A DNA stretch of 64,000 nucleotides from Ylistrum balloti (taxonomy: Eukaryota). Positions 52,651 through 64,000 of this stretch are shown here, piece after piece. Under the pieces are notes generated by a model, which ran no database searches, had not been told where the DNA came from, and was given only the letters and a program-made list of their open reading frames with translations. Each line of letters begins with the position of its first letter. Within the stretch, counting starts at the first letter, position 1. The DNA is taken from positions 1 to 64,000 of the forward strand of contig NW_026782198.1 in NCBI RefSeq assembly GCF_031769215.1, written 5' to 3'. The position numbers and the translations under genes were made by a program.

Positions 52651-53327
52651 ATGAGCGCAAGAACTCGGAAAAGGCATTGGCAAACTCGAAGTATTGATGA
52701 CAACCTACTCCAACAAGTCGCCTCATCTCCTAAACCATATACATCTGGCGATGTCGCCTTATCACTCAATAATATTGGATGTAAGTTTATGTGTTGTAAA
52801 CACTGTAACAACTAACTAAGTAAACATATCAATGCTAAGTCTTGCAACTGCTGTCACTTTTGAGAGTGTAAAATTTGTGTGATGAAATTGCATTATAAAG
52901 CTCAGCACAGTCGACTGTCTCGCCTGAAAAATATCGTCGTGTCTACTTTTCCCAGTAGTTTATGACTGACATTTATGAAGTAAATCTATTTGAACCACAA
53001 GATACATGTTTGTAACAGTCCTCCTGTTTTTGTGGTGTTATGAAATATCGATAAACCATTTCAAAATTTCTCTGTCGTATAATTATAGCTTACACTTGCA
53101 GAGTTGCAGTTATCCGGTAAAAGTTTATAAACATTGATGCAGACACACTCTACTCATGTGTGGAGTATATTGTATACTTGTAACAAAGCATGTGTTAAAC
53201 TAAAAATCAGATGTTGGTGCTACATGTATTAGGGATAATAATATTACAGAGTTGGTGCACAGGCACATGTATCTGGAATGTAAACAATGCAAGCAAAAGT
53301 CCAGTCCACTATGCATCATACACAAAG
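52651..53327 (+). CDS. Candidate first coding exons of the zinc-finger gene (52651-52780, 53211-53327)
   Basis: Exon 1 MSARTRKRHW...SLNNIG ends at a perfect GTAAGT in phase 1. Exon 2 is 117 nt, open, phase 1-1 (CxxC-x6-CxxH). Both are phase-compatible with the acceptor at 61351. The exon 2 acceptor is weak. Confidence 0.4.
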
Positions 53328-53759
53328 GTAGGAAACTTGCCTGTTTGAGTTCCTTTAACAATGTTTTGACCTCCTGCAGAAACTTCAATATCTCCTAAAG
53401 AAAATGCAATATTTGATATTTTCATGTTTTGCACCATTTAACAGTTTTACCATTAAAACATCAAAGCTTGCCATGAAATATCAATATATCTTCACTGAAG
53501 TTTCTCAAGTGGTAAATCAATCTGTAAGATGGCTGTACATCATTCAATTCAAATATAGATTCCTCAATAGTAACTCCCAAGAGTCTGCCAATCGACTAGC
53601 TCTTTGAAAATCTCTGTTTAGAAACTACATATGTCGCACCATCAACTCGGATTCCTTGTGTGTTGATTGTTTTTATTAATACCCCTAGTTTAGGATTGCA
53701 ACCACCTCACTACACCGACTGTCGGGTCGTGTCGTGTCAGTAATTTACATCCATAACTA

Positions 53760-54056
53760 TGTGTGGGGCCTGGACTCCCGAGGACATCCAGAGCGACATG
53801 GCTAATCTGTGGTTCTGCCCAGCATCCAGGAGTATCCATAGTTTTATTACCCTACACACTCACTCTTGCACGACTTCCTCACCTGTCCCACCTGGACATG
53901 TACATGTCTCAAGACAACACCATATAAGGACAGACACTGACAATACCTAACAGGTAACTCACCAAATAAGGACATACACATAAATGCACGGACAGTAATG
54001 AATACAAATTAAACAGGATGTTTACAGACACTTACTCCTATTTACCCTGTGACACA
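53760..54056 (-). mobile_element. Probable solo LTR (about 295 bp)
   Basis: TG...CA ends with a 7-bp terminal inverted match (TATGTGT/ACACATA), minus-strand TATA-like and AATAAA signals. No clean TSD found. Confidence 0.35.
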
Positions 54057-54101
54057 TACTTCATCTTATAAAGACTGGCCTTAAATGGGCAAGTTTCCTA
54101 C

Positions 54102-54731
54102 TTTTTAAGTCATCTGGCCATAGGGTCAAGATGACCTATTGCTTTCATGCGTCGTCCGTCATTGTGCCATGTTTGCTGTCCATAAACTTTTGCTTTAAAA
54201 CACTACTCCTGTTAAACACCAAGGCAGATTTCAACCAATTTTGGTCAGAAACATTGGTGGTGGAGGGACATATCTTAATTCAGAAATTTGATTCAGCTTC
54301 AAGGGACTTGGGAAGGGAAAGGGAAATTAGACAATATTTTACTAAAACCTACTCCTTGTTAATGCCTGGGTAGATTTCAACTAATTTTGGTGTGAAACAT
54401 TGTTGTAGGTGGGTTCTCATTATTGTATGCTTTGGTCCAAAATCCAACATAACTTATCTAGAACAAATAGTCTGAATTTCTTCTCATGTTTATTCACACC
54501 AATGAGAAAAATATTTGGAGGTTTATTTTTTTAAAGAAAATAAGGAGATGATTTGTTGTTACTTTTCAATCTGATCAAAACTGAACCTACCGTTTGAGAG
54601 TTTCTGATACTGTTAAGGAATGTTCAAAATTTGAATTCATCAGATTTTTGACCGCCATCAGCGAATTCTGTGGTTTGTCAATTCATTCATAGATTTTCAG
54701 ATGATCGTTAAGGGCCACCGCCCTCTTGTTT
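54102..54731 (+). mobile_element. HINE-like element, family 2
   Basis: 5' TTTTTAAGTCATCTG..AAGATGACC inverted repeat, GTCC microsatellite remnant, two internal units, and 3' CAGATGA + AGGGC-cacc-GCCCT hairpin + cttgTTT. Confidence 0.65.
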
Positions 54732-56026
54732 GTATGATGTATAGTGGACTAAGTTTTTGCTTGAAATTTTGTCAACCAGTACATGAGTTTGCATTCAGGT
54801 AATGTATATATGATTTACGATAGCACAATGCCAATAAATGATGCATTGATTAGAGCCAAAACATTTTCATTTACATAGGCATCACAACCGTGGACAGTTG
54901 ATCATTGAATTCATCAACTTTTTTCCCCTCTGTTAACTGCAATTTCAAGAACTTTTTCAAAAGAGAATTTTTTATGACTCATTTCTACTCTTTGAATAAG
55001 TTAAAGAGTAGCAGACCAAAACACTATATTTGAACTGTTTGTATTATATAAAAAAGTAAGAAATACAGCTCATTTGAAAGAGAAAAAAACCAAACAATTA
55101 AAACTTTTTTTACGAGTACTTGCCCATCATATTGTTTGTGACTGAAACAGATTGTCTTGCAATCATGTACAGAATGGTTTGAAGATTGAAAAGAAAATAA
55201 CATTCTTGTGGATTTAATCAATCATACCTTTTAATATACATCACAATAATATCTTCTGGACTTCCAAGGTTACTTTGAAGCCATAGTAAATGTTTACAGT
55301 AGCCATTTGCTTTTACATGCTGGGATTGATAGGTCATCAGGTTGCCCACCTAATGTACAGTTTTCTTCTTTTTTTTTTTGAGAAAATTAATGTCCAATAT
55401 TGGGGGTGCACACATTTGATTTGATGATTTCTTTATGAATAACAATATTAAATAAGATAATTACTGTATATGTTAATGCAAATTTTCCAAGTCAATATCA
55501 TGCAAATTAGGACAAAGTGTTTATAAATGTGATAGCAACTAGTAAGACAAAACTAGACAATGCCTTGTTTGGGACATTGAAATATATGTTGATTATAATA
55601 TAATAATTTCTTTAAACTCTTACATGTTCACATCTTAAGAAATTGACCGGTTTTGTTTCATTTTCCTTCAAATCTGATATCACGACGAACCAGAAGCTTT
55701 GAGCACATGGTCTGTTTTCATGTGTAATAGTAGACGTTTTAGTTGACATAATAGTATGCAGAGTGTTGTTTGAGCCTTATCATCAGACTATGGATTTAAT
55801 TAAATATTTATCAAAATTATTTTTGTGTTTTTGAATGATATCTTTATGTCTAATAAAAACAAGAGAATAGCCTTGGCACGATTATCGATGTGTAATGATA
55901 TGCTGTTCTTCATCTGACAATACACATATACATGCCTGCAGTACATTCTGTGTGATTCCATTCCATGAACTGTATGCCGATTGCTAGCATATGCAGAGTT
56001 GGGGCCTCAATTTAGGTCAGCTGGTT

Positions 56027-56582
56027 CAGTTAATTGGATAGGTAAGTGAATGGTAAAGTGTAACAGTTAACTGGATAGGTAAGTGAGTGGTAAAGTGTAA
56101 CAGTTCATTGGATAGGTAAGTGAATGGTAAGGTGCAACAGTTAATTGGATAGGTAAGTGAATGGTAAAGTGTAACATTTAATTGGATAGGTAAGTGAGTG
56201 GTAAAGTGTAACAGTTGATTGGATAGGTAAGTGAATGATAAAGTGTAACATTTAATTGGATAGGTAAGTGAATGGTAAAGTGTAACAGTTCATTGGATAG
56301 GTAAGTGAGTGGTAAAGTGTAACAGTTAATTGGTTAGGTAAGTGAATGGTAAAGTGTAACAGTTAACTGGATAGGTAAGTGAGTGGTTAAGTGTAACAGT
56401 AAATTGGATAGGTAAGTGAATGGTAAAGTGTAACAGTTAATTGGTTAGGTAAGTGAATGGTAAAGTGTAACAGTTAACTGGATAGGTAAGTGAGTGGTTA
56501 AGTGTAACAGTTAATTGGTTAGGTAAGTGAGTGGTTAAGTGTAACAGTTGATTGGATAGATAAGTAAATGGTAAGGTGTAAT
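56027..56582 (+). repeat. 37-bp minisatellite x15, units contain AGGTAAGT
   Basis: GGTAAG at 56041, 56078, 56115 ... 56522 (exact 37-bp period, 14 perfect copies) plus one degenerate unit at 56559. Confidence 0.97.
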
Positions 56583-57640
56583 GTGTTTGATGTCAAAGAA
56601 AACAAACAAGAAATTCTGAAGCATTAGGCATTTTTTCCTACCCTGTATTCTAACAGAAAGTAATTATAAGTCAGTAAATGGAATAAAAGTTTTGGACTTT
56701 GCTATCATTGGTCTGACATGTTAGCTGAATGTTCTGAGATCAATTTCTTGGCTTCCAGAGATCAATTTTGACTGAATTTTTAGATGTACTTATTATGCAA
56801 TTAGAAGCATTTTTTACCATTTTCAACCCCAAAAAGTACTTGCATATATTACATAGGTGCACACATTACACAGGGTTTTAACAGTAGAATGACTGTCATG
56901 CTTTTTAACGATATAAATGGCTTCATGTAACTTACAAGAAGAAGTAATAGGGGACTTTAAGAATTTGGCCAGGATGCAAGGGCCTTTGTTAATATTTAAC
57001 TGTACAGACACTGATGGAGAGATTGTTTAGTAAACTGTACGTATTGTCAGGCCCTATATATGTGCTTAGACAAAATGTAAAGGCCATAAGCCAAACAAGT
57101 TTGATGTTTGATATTTCACAGTTTTTGAAATACATCAGTAAAATAAAGGATTATCTGTGTAGAATTTATTTGCTAACTTTATTAAATATTTCACTAATGA
57201 TCTTGATAAATTGCTCTTAGTTGTCTGTTATATCAACAAACTTTGGTCAACGTAACGGTTACCACTTCCTAAGAACTGTCTTCCATTATCTGTTATCGGT
57301 ATATCAGACGTCAACAAAAGTAGTCACCATATCATAAAAAAGGTAGCGACTGTCAACATATTGTAATGAAGTGTGTGGCATATAACCCAGAAAACATGGT
57401 AATAATTTTCACAGATTTGTCATGCATGGATTGAATGTCAGTCACTGTAAAACATTTTAACCCATTAGTAATCATTTGAAATTCTGGGCTTTCAAGTGTT
57501 GCCAATTTTGGTGAAGGTACATGTCCAAACAGTTCTCATGGATATTTCATTTGTGTGAACGACTAAAAATATTGAAAGTAGTTACCAAAGAGCCAATCAG
57601 AAGTATTCTTCTTTTGTTTTGTGTGACAAGTGGACTTTTA

Positions 57641-58882
57641 TTAGCCCACCATCTATCTAATAGATGGTGGGTTATTCAAATCGCCCTGCGTCCGTGGTCC
57701 GTCGTCCGTCTGTCTGTAAACAATTCTTGTTACCGCTATTTCTGGAAAAGTACTGGATGGACCTTTCTCAAATTTCATATGCAGGTTCCCCTTGGTCCCT
57801 AGTTGTGCATTGTACCTTTTTTGAACTGATTCGCATTCAAGATGGCCGACAGGTGGCCATCTTGGATTTTGGAAGTAAAAGTTTGTTACCGCTATTTCTG
57901 TGAAAGTACTGGATGGATCTTCCTCAAATTTCATATGCAGGTTCCCCTTGGTCCCTAGTTGTGCATTGTTTCTTTCTTGGACTGATTCGAATTCAAGATG
58001 GCCGACAGGCAGCCATCTTGGATTTTGGAAGTAAAAGTTTGTTACTGCTATTTCTTGGAAAGTACCGGGTGGATCTTTCTCAAATTTCATATGCAGGTTC
58101 CCCTTGGTCCCTAGTTGTGCATTGTACCTTTTTTGAACTGATTCGCATTCAAGATGGCCGACAGGTGGCCATCTTGGATTTTGGAAGTAAAAGTTTGTTA
58201 CCACTATTTCTGGTAAAGTACTGGATGGTACTTTCTCAAATTTCATATGCAGGTTCCCCTTGGTCCCTAGTTGTGCATTGTTTTTTTTGGACTGATTTGA
58301 AATCAAGATGGCCGACAGGCAGCCATCTTGGATTTTGGAAGTAAAAGTTTGTTACTGCTATTTCTTGGAAGGTACTGGATGGATCTTTCTCAAATTTCAT
58401 ATGCAGTTTCCCCTTGGTCCCTAGTTGTGCTATATCAAGATGGGACAGGCAGCCAGGATTTTGAATGTAAAAGTTTGTTACTGCTATATCTTGGAAAGTA
58501 CTGGATGGATCTTTCTCAAATTTCATATGCAGGTTCCCTTTGGTTCCAAGTTGTGCATTATACCTTTTTGGACTGATTTGAAATCAGGGTGGCCCACAGG
58601 CAGCCATCTTGGATGTCGACAGTAATACAGCACAAGCATATTGTCCATTATCCACCTGTAACTGACTGCTATCTAATAATACTTTGGGATCTTTTTCAAA
58701 TGAAATTTGCTTATAGGTGCTTAATAAAAATATCTTGTGCCATCATTGAGTACATTCAATGAAGACCAGTTCATGAACATTTACAACACCTGTTACAAAC
58801 AGAAAAAAATAAACAAATCTTCAAGAACTGAAAACAGATCCTCAAATGGTGGGCGCCAAGATCCCTCTGGGATCTCTTGTTT
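57641..58882 (+). mobile_element. Complete HINE-like element, family 1, copy A (6 x ~156-bp units)
   Basis: 5' hairpin CCCACCATCTA-tctaa-TAGATGGTGGG (57645-57671), GTCC/GTCT microsatellite, units at 57729, 57885, 58041, 58197, 58351 and 58477, a unique tail, 3' sub-TIR ATGGTGGG (58846) and hairpin AGATCCC-tct-GGGATCT (58859-58875), T-rich flanks. Confidence 0.85.
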
Positions 58883-59143
58883 TCTTTGTCACCAATCAAA
58901 TACCCTAGGAGTAAGTTTTTATGTGCATTAGGTGGGGTCTAATCTTATCATGCAATAATTCTCCAATGCTTTTAGCTGGCACTGGTCTCATTAAGGGTTA
59001 AAAACTTGAATCTATCAGATAATTATTTCCAGGCAGGTTCCTGGGGAAGTTCTGTGTTATCTGTTTTTCAGCCCACCCTCAATAATGGTTGTTCTATTTG
59101 CCCAGCGTCCAAAATGAAATGGGTGATAGATGGCTAAATTGTA

Positions 59144-60256
59144 TTTTTAGCCCATCATCTAATAGATGGTGGGTTATTCAAATCGCCCTGCGTCCGTGGT
59201 CCGTGGTCCGTCCGTAAACAATTCTTGTTACCGCTATTTCTGGAAAAGTACCGGGTGGATCTTTCTCAAATTTCATATGCAGGTTCCCCTTGGTCCCTAG
59301 TTGTGCATTGTACCTTTTTTGAACTGATTCGCATTCAAGATGGCCGACAGGCAGCCATCTTGGATTTTGGAAGTAAAAGTTTGTTACCGCTATTTCTGGA
59401 AAAGTACTGGATGGATCTTTCTCAAATTTCATATGCATTTCCCCTTGGTCCCTAGTTGTGCATTGTACCTTTTTTGGACTGATTCGAATTCAAGATGGCC
59501 TACAGGTAGCCATCTTGGATTTTGGAAGTAAAAGTTTGTTACTGCTATTTCTTGGAAAGTACTGGATGGATCTTTCTCAAATTCCATATGAAGTTTCCCC
59601 TTGGTCCCTAGTTGTGCATTGTACCTTTTTTGGACTGATTCCAATTCAAGATGGCCGACAGGTGGCCATCTTGGATTTTGGATGTAAAAGTTTGTTACCG
59701 CTATTTCTTGGAAAGTGCTGGATGGATCTTTCTCAAATTTCATATGCAGGTTACCCTTGGTCCCTAGTTGTGCATTGTACCTTTTTTGGACTGACTTAAA
59801 TTCAAGATGGCCGACAGGCAGCCATCTTGGATTTTGGAAGTAAAATCTTGTTACTGCTATATCTGAGGAAGTACTGGATGGATCCTTCTGATATTTCATA
59901 GATATTGGTTTCCCTTGGTCCCTAGTTGTGCATTGTACCTTTTTTGGACTGATTTGAAATCAAGGTGGCCCACAGGCAGCCATCTTGGATGTCGACAGTA
60001 ATACAGCACAAGCACATTGTCCATTATCCACCTGTAACTGACTGCTATCTAATAATACTTTGGGATCTTTTTCAAATGATATTTGCTATTAGGTGCTTAG
60101 TAAAAATATCTTGTGCCATTATTGAGAACATTCAATGAAGACCAGTTCATGAACATTTACAACACCTGTAACAAACAAAAAAAAATAAACAAATCTTCAA
60201 GAACTGAAAACAGATCCTCAAATGGTGGGCGCCAAGATCCCTCTGGGATCTCTTGT
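59144..60256 (+). mobile_element. Complete HINE-like element, family 1, copy B (5 x ~156-bp units)
   Basis: Same ends and near-identical ~270-bp tail as copy A; units at 59227, 59383, 59538, 59694 and 59850. Confidence 0.85.
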
Positions 60257-61351
60257 ATAATTAAAGATTACAATTGCTACTAGAGGAATTTTCATTTTTC
60301 TTTTAACGAACAGCAAGAAAGAGGAAATAATAGAAAAGACGAGGAAAAAGTCCAACTTTTAACTTCTAAGCCCTCTGGGATCTCTTGTCTACTTATAGAA
60401 GACTGCTGATCAAAGTCATTGAAGGAAGCTAGTTTTAAATAGCCTCTAAATGAGCATCTTAATATAGGAATTACATGATATGGGCCCGATTTACATAAAA
60501 AATTGGACACCTATACTAGGGATGTACTTACATATTAAGACTAGATTAGGAAACCCATTTTCCTGTTTGTATTTACCCAAGAAAAGTGAACTGTCAATAA
60601 AGCACTTTGTTTAGCCAGGCCTTAATGTTACAGTATATGGTAACATTAAAAGCACTTATCTTTAAAAAAATTGATGCTAGAATGAAATGCCATTTCCAGG
60701 AAACATCATGATATGAACCTATTTGCAGAGAAATGGTTCTGGAATGATTCAACTGATCATATTATCCAATAACTTGTATAGTCGAAATTAACTTCATAGC
60801 ATCTAGTGATAGAACGATGATCAGGTTCAATCAATTATCTAATCGTTCAACCTCATCTAATGCAATGATTGATTGTAATTTTGTATAATTGATCATCGGT
60901 ACCACAGTATTTTCTTGTGTGTTAAAAACAAAATCTATAGTATGCATAATAATACGAAAATTCTAGGTAACTTAAGTATCTTAGCTTAAAGTTACAAAAA
61001 ATAAAGTATTACCTTAATGAAGAACATATAAACTTTCTATTAATATTGAACACACAGGCAGCTGATTATGTAATTGATTATCTATGTCAGAGAGCTTATC
61101 CAATTTTAACCGATAATCGCTTAAAAAGACATTATAATTCCAAACAAAACTGAGTATTTTTCAGTATGTAAGTTATATGCTTGAAATATCCAGATCATGG
61201 TTGACTTACTACAGGCTTCTTTTGATGACAACGAGATTTAAAAAAAAAAGGACAAAACTAAGAACATAAATAAGAAAAATAAGAATTGGATTTTATTCTT
61301 ATTAACTGGCGTTTCAAGTACTAAAGTCATATCCTTTTGATCTGTTTACAG

Positions 61352-64000
61352 ATGATGATGTTTCCACAGTCGAAGATGTTGAGGGTTATTATAGTACAGA
61401 ATATGCAGGTTCGTTGGTGAATGAAAATTCAGAAGATCTGTGTAATAATATCTCTGACTTTAAAATAGATGATATAGAATTGACCGATCAACATGAATTG
61501 TCAGATGACTTGAGTGAATACAAATGTAAATTTTGTGAACATCTTTTTGAACACCATTCTGATTTGATAAAGCATACAACAGATTTCCACATGAATGAAC
61601 AGGATCGGGATTCAGGCTGCTTAGGTGAAAAACCTACTTCTTCAGCTTCTGACAACAAACTCGTCAAAAGCTGCAAGCACAGAGCAGGTTCTTTTAAATG
61701 TGAATTTTGTGATAAAGTCTACAAATATGATTTTGATATGAGTAGACATGTGAAGAAAAACCACTTGAAGGATTTGAAACGATGTAAAGGAAACAATTTA
61801 TTAAAAAACAAAATCAAAGCTTATGTGAAAAAAAACCTCCCATACCAGTGCAAGGTTTGCGGCCTTGCCTTTGTTTCAGAAAGAGGTTTGTCTTATCATA
61901 CTAGTCGTGTTCATACAGCCTCAGCATCAGCCAAAGCAAAGTGCATCAGAGAGATCAGTGAACGTAGCAAGAAGTTGCTCTCTTTGATAAAAACTGGGAA
62001 GTCAAACACTGCTGCTAGATCATCCATCCAATCTCCAGAATCAAAAGAGATGAAAGTGAAAAAAGCACAATCTAAAGAAAAAGTATCGCCAAAAATCAAA
62101 AGGATACAACCAAAGATCCCCTCCCGAGGGACTTTGGTGCACCCCAGTGAAAGCTCTTCATTGCCTTCTGAAGAGAAATCCCCTCGTGCAAAAACTAACT
62201 CTGCCAAAAAGAGTCTTCCAATTGAGATAATCCGTGAAAAAAATGAAAAGAGATTAAAATGCAAATTGTGTCAGAAAATGTATGGTACTCGACCAGGAAT
62301 AATGTACCATCTCAAGATAATACATCTCTACTGCTGTGTGTGTTACAAGCAGTTTTGTTACCAGAAGATGTATGACAAACACATGGAGTTAAAGCACAAC
62401 CAGCCTCACATTGTCATTGACGATAATTATTTGTCTTATTTCTCTAAAGCAAACAATACTGAAAGTGTGTCCAAGGCAGAAGATATAGAACACGACTGTA
62501 TGGATACAAAAGAGAAGACTTCGAAGGCACAAGTATGTACAGTAGAAAGTTCTGCCTCTGAGTCAGCAGCACCTTGCACATCAAGCCCTTTTCACTCTAA
62601 TACTACTGCTGTGAAAATTCCCAAGGGAACTGTTCTAAGTCCAGTCAAAATCAGGTTAAACCGCCTGCCTTCAGACCCTGTTTCTCTTCAAAATCTCACA
62701 AATAGTGCGAGATATGTAGTTGTTCCCAAAACTAAAAATATAGATACTGGATCATACAAGGAAAGTTCAAATGAGAACAAATCAATTTGTGCAAACAATG
62801 TAGGGTCCTCGGAGTCTGGAGACAATGTTGCTTCAACTCCAGACAGGAATGAAATTGACATTTCATATAAGAAACCTGTAACACGAGCCAAATTGGGACC
62901 AAAGTCCTGGAAAGAAAAGTTTAAAGTTGAAACTAACATCAGAGATCTGCAAGGACAACCAGGAGCAGTTTCTGAGAAAACTGTGAGGTCAGTTACTGGA
63001 ACGGAAAAAAGCAACATTTTTTCTGTAGCAAAGACCGAATCAGCTAATCGGGATAAAACTATTGTCAGAAAAACTCGGAGCAGACCGTGGAGAACAAGGA
63101 GTGGAGAAAGAACAAATGTTTCTGTGAGTGAAGTAGGCATAGAAAATACCACACCATCAGTAAAAAGTGACTGTTCGATGGATGTGGACAATTTTAGTCA
63201 ACAATCTGTGGAATGTTCAATGCTTTCCTCAAACCAAAAAGATGTAAAAACCCATTCAGTCAAGCAAACAGACATTTCGACAGGACAACCTACTGTAACA
63301 ATTTCTATCGAGCGCATTACCAGAAGTTCTATCCAGCCAGCTGCAATGGAAAGTTCACGATCAGTTACCAAGAGTTCCTCATTGCTGGATAGCAAATGTT
63401 TACCTGCATCATTTTCTGATTCTTCATTTGCAGTTGTGAGAGAGGATTCTTCAGTAGAAGGCGTGGGAGATGAGGATTTGCAATCAGCCAAGTCTACAAA
63501 TCTGACCAAGAGATCTTCACGGCGAATTACAAGGCAAGGTTTTTCTAAACATGAAATATCACATGCATTGAGGACCAGAATATCAGAATCTCAGACATGT
63601 TCATCACAGTTTACTCTATCAAGCAGGAGTCATTCTCTACCGTCAACTAGGGAAGATGTAATTTCTGAATCTTCACAGTTACCTCCCTCAACCAGAAATA
63701 ATTCTCTCCCACCTCTAACAAAGAAACTTAGAACTTTTGAACCTTCCCAGTTTAATCTATTAGCCACAAATTCTTCTCTGCCACCAATTATGAAGGAGAA
63801 AATTTCTGAACTTGCAAAGGTTAATATTTCCACAAGGAATCCTTCTCCCTCACCAACAAGGAAAAGCACATGTAATGAATCTTCAAAATTAGATAATATA
63901 ACTACAAATTCTTCACCACCAAAAAGTAAGAAAAAGACCACTTCCGAATCTTCAAAAGGTAAGAATGCAGTGGGAAGCCCTTCTCTGCGACCGAAGAGGA
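61352..64000 (+). CDS. Large coding exon of a C2H2 zinc-finger protein (at least 5 fingers, long S/T/K-rich tail), 3'-partial
   Basis: TTTACAG acceptor at 61351 and an open frame to the window end (absent from the ORF track because it has no stop). Fingers: YKCKFC..HTTDFH, FKCEFC..HVKKNH, YQCKVC..HTSRVH, LKCKLC..HLKIIH, LYCCVC..HMELKH. Confidence 0.88.

Noticed and set aside
56027-56582. ATTGG (reverse CCAAT) in most 37-bp units as NF-Y sites, tempting given the NF-YA gene nearby
   Set aside because: Flanks (ATCCAATTA) fit the NF-Y consensus poorly, and there is no mechanistic link to gene proximity.
57653-59899. Long ORFs with 52-aa periodicity on both strands (e.g. 57653-58306, 59429-59899)
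   Set aside because: They arise because the 156-bp repeat unit is divisible by 3; there is no splice or start context and no protein motif.
56027-60256. CRISPR-like appearance of the 37-bp and 156-bp arrays
   Set aside because: Units are contiguous with no unique spacers, the locus is eukaryotic, and there are no cas genes.
61488-63941. Several minus-strand ORFs over the zinc-finger exon, and plus-strand ORFs over Gypsy pol (44342-46339)
   Set aside because: Antisense shadows of real coding frames.

Overview
AT-rich animal genomic DNA, probably a bivalve mollusc (inferred from gene content and repeat types; not verifiable here). Five host genes are visible: O-GlcNAcase (OGA, +, 409-10395, first exon outside the window), NF-YA (-, 13988-18041, convergent with OGA), SmG/SNRPG (+, 19077-20642, head-to-head with NF-YA), a fem-1-like ankyrin gene (-, 37105-40853) with a diverged, still-open copy of its C-terminal coding region 7 kb downstream (29584-29916), and a C2H2 zinc-finger gene whose large exon runs off the window (61352-64000). 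The rest is dominated by nested mobile DNA. This includes a near full-length RTE-X-like LINE with a 38-bp target-site duplication inside a Helentron-type non-autonomous element (HINE). It also includes a CR1-type LINE with a 2A-like/PHD/APE/RT layout, split inside its PHD finger by an internally deleted Ty3/Gypsy element, about ten HINE-like copies, a SINE and a probable solo LTR. The most striking unexplained structures are a 15 x 37-bp intronic array in which 14 units carry a perfect AG|GTAAGT U1 site, the phase-compatible duplicated fem-1 terminal exon, and the 2A-like motif. Gene models were built by eye from splice signals and remembered protein families; no database searches were run.
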